Origin: Anthoceros angustus | Taxonomy: Eukaryota; Plantae; Anthocerotophyta | NCBI GenBank assembly: GCA_010909165.1 | Contig: MU008156.1 | Location: 744,001-808,000 of the forward strand | Direction: 5' to 3' | DNA: 64,000 nucleotides | Part shown: positions 61,801 through 64,000 of the stretch, one piece after another | How positions within the stretch are numbered: the first letter of the stretch is position 1 | Layout of the letters: each line of letters begins with the position of its first letter | The notes under the pieces: generated by a model | The model's database searches: none | What the model was told of the DNA's origin: nothing | Seen by the model: the letters and a program-made list of their open reading frames with translations, nothing else | Program-made: the position numbers and the translations under genes

Positions 61801-64000
61801 AATATTATGACGCTACGGTGATGGAGGAAGAGGAGGAGACTCCAACAGCAGCCACAATGGTCAAGAAGGAGGAGGAGACCCTAGTAGAAACCACGGTGGT
61901 GGTGGAGGAGGTGGAGACTCAACATGCGCCTGACCGACGGTGGTGGAGGATGAGGAGGAGTCTCAAACAACATCAACGGTGGTGATTCCGGAGGAGGAGA
62001 CTCCGTGACGCTGGTGGATCCAAGGAGGGACTCTAGCAGTATCCATGGTGTTGGAGGATCGTGAAGAGGCGCATGTTTCTGTGAGCCACGGCGAAGGTGG
62101 ATATTTCATACGTAATCTACAACGGAGAGTAGCTCAAAATTAGGGCCCATGATAGAGGAGACTCTAGAATTAGAATCGAGTGGAGGAGACTCTAGAATCC
62201 ATGCATATGGCGGCGAAGAGTCCAAAATCGACTCCATGGCGGAGGAGAGTCCGAATCAAAATCCACGGTGGAGGAGACTCCACAACCAAAATCCACTAGA
62301 AGGAAGGATACAAAATGTATTTTGTCAAATATCCAAAGCCTCTTGAAAGTTCATACAATGGAAAAATTGCATCAAAGGAGCTTGAAGTGAAGTGGTATCA
62401 GGAGTGCGAGATGTTTTACATGCTGGAGTTGTATTCAAAAGGTATGAGAAGGACAACGTGCTCACTATGTTGAAAAGCAGTGCAACTAGCTCAACTCATG
62501 AGTTAGACCTTGCTAAACTACAAAGACAAAAACTAGCTTAGAACAAGAGATAAAACAGCTTCAACAAGAAGGGAATTAGAAAATGAAAAGCAACAGAAGC
62601 ATATCAAGAGCTCCAAGCATTGCATGTGGAGAAGAATGCGGAGCATGAAGCATACAATGAAAATCGCAAAGGGATCGAAATATTATGTTATTGGCAAAAG
62701 AAAAGGACAAGGCTGCACTTGAGGTGGAATGTAAAAAGCAAGTCGAAACATTTTTTCCTTGTGGAATGCTAGTAGCTCAACATTTCAAATCGTTATATTT
62801 GTGCGAATGAGTTGAGAACATTGTATCGACTAGGCAATCGCAGACGGAAGAACACTATCGGATGAAGAGTTGTTATCTTTGAAATTTGAAATACGGAAGA
62901 TCCACCAGTGCTTCCGGACCTTCAATGTATAAAAATATTGATGAATCTGATTCAATAGGCTTAAAATGTTGCACAAGAAGAAGGACTACAGGCATCCACC
63001 GCATTGCCCAAGAAGGGACTACAGCATCCACCGCATTGCCCAAGAAGGATTACAGGCATCCACCACATTGCCCAAAAGGACAACAGCATCAACGACATTG
63101 ACTAGAAAGGGACTACAAACATCCACAATTGAAAGTATACAGTGCATCCACGGCACCGCCATTGCCCAAGAAGGGACTAGGCATCCATAGTTGAAAGTGT
63201 CTGTGCTCCATCCACGGCGCCGCCATTGCCCAAAGAGGGACTACAGGCAGCTGAAAGTATACAAGTCGCATCCACACCCGCCATTGCCCAAAGAGGGACT
63301 ACAGCATCCACAAAAAGTATACAGGCTCCATCCACATCTCCGCCATTGCCCAAGAAGGGATTACAGGCATCCACAACTAAAAGTACACATGCTCCATCCA
63401 CGCCCGCCATTGCCCAAAGAGGGACTACAAGCATCCACAGTTGAAAGTATACAGGCATCCACCGCATTGCCCAAAAGGGACTACAGCATCTATGTTATTG
63501 ATTGGAAAGGGACTACAGGCATCCACGCCACCATTGCCGGGCGCCCAAGAAGGTCTACAGCATCCACGACCCTCATGGAGGAGCTATGACATCCACGACA
63601 CCACTTAGGTTGACTCGCATGGAGAAGCAAAACAAAAAGTCACAAAAGAGCAAAAGTCTATCGATCAACATGGAAAGAAAAGATATGATTACAACTCGAA
63701 TGCCAATATTTTTCGTGCTTAGAAGTTGATGATGGTTGCGAAATGGATGGCATGTCATCAATTCCAAAGCCGGGAGGTTGTGAGAAAAACAACTCATGGG
63801 GTCTCAAAGGCCCATGTTGACAAAGCAAATTCGTGTTTTGGATGCTGATCGGTAAAAATGCAATAATTCACTAGCCTTGAAGATATCAATGCCTATTGGG
63901 GACGAAGATACATTTTTGATAAGGACTCTCAAAAGAACTTCAATGCAATTCTTGGTGCCAACCATTTCCATGACACATGTCTACTTCCTAATGAAGACCC
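55817..64000 (+). CDS. Array unit 6: PPI-like repeat protein, heavily re-duplicated, truncated by the window end
   Basis: Acidic block of about 3.5 kb; jumps back into it at about 60806 and 61809. Confidence 0.45.

Larger units (their letters stand above)
21815..64000 (+). repeat. Large tandem array (over 42 kb, continues past the window end) of a ~4.8-kb gene-containing unit with nested minisatellites
   Basis: The marker ggggcatcaagatgagcacgatggagaagacttc recurs with its ATG at 23622, 28389, 36078, 42213, 46966 and 55817. Spacings are 4.77, 7.69, 6.14, 4.75 and 8.85 kb, the longer ones due to internal re-duplication. Confidence 0.97.

Noticed and set aside
23658-63800. Hundreds of short ORFs (Ser/Leu/Pro-rich on the minus strand; Gly-rich or Arg-rich on the plus strand) as separate genes
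   Set aside because: They are alternative-frame or antisense shadows of the GAG-rich and Pro-rich repeats.
23650-64000. CRISPR-like repeat-spacer array
   Set aside because: The repeats are contiguous coding-type minisatellites with no unique spacers; the context is eukaryotic and there are no cas genes.
21815-64000. The array as tandem LTR retrotransposons or rDNA
   Set aside because: No gag/RT/integrase motifs, PBS/PPT or rRNA sequence were seen in the unit.

Overview
Eukaryotic, land-plant-type DNA in two sharply different parts. Positions 1-19.4 kb are very gene-dense with short introns, consistent with a compact-genome early-diverging plant such as a hornwort or lycophyte (inference). 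They carry a neprosin-family gene (partial), an NPF/PTR transporter, a GH28 polygalacturonase, a GRAS factor that closely matches RAM1, a multi-exon gene whose motifs resemble the animal PI3K-gamma adaptors p101/p87 (PIK3R5/6), an ARM-repeat protein with no visible U-box, and TFIIA-gamma. Two decayed RLE-type non-LTR retroelement fragments follow at 19.8-23.1 kb. From about 21.8 kb to the window end (over 42 kb) is a head-to-tail array of a roughly 4.8-kb basic unit. Each unit looks like an intronless gene with five parts: an acidic Glu/Thr-rich minisatellite, a shortened proton-pump-interactor (PPI)-like coiled-coil domain, a Pro/Ser/Thr-rich minisatellite, a C-terminal tail anchor and an AT-rich spacer. 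The units are internally re-duplicated at microhomologies. The many indels in the array look largely like unpolished long-read errors, so coding status cannot be settled from this window. All protein calls come from motif recognition, not database searches.
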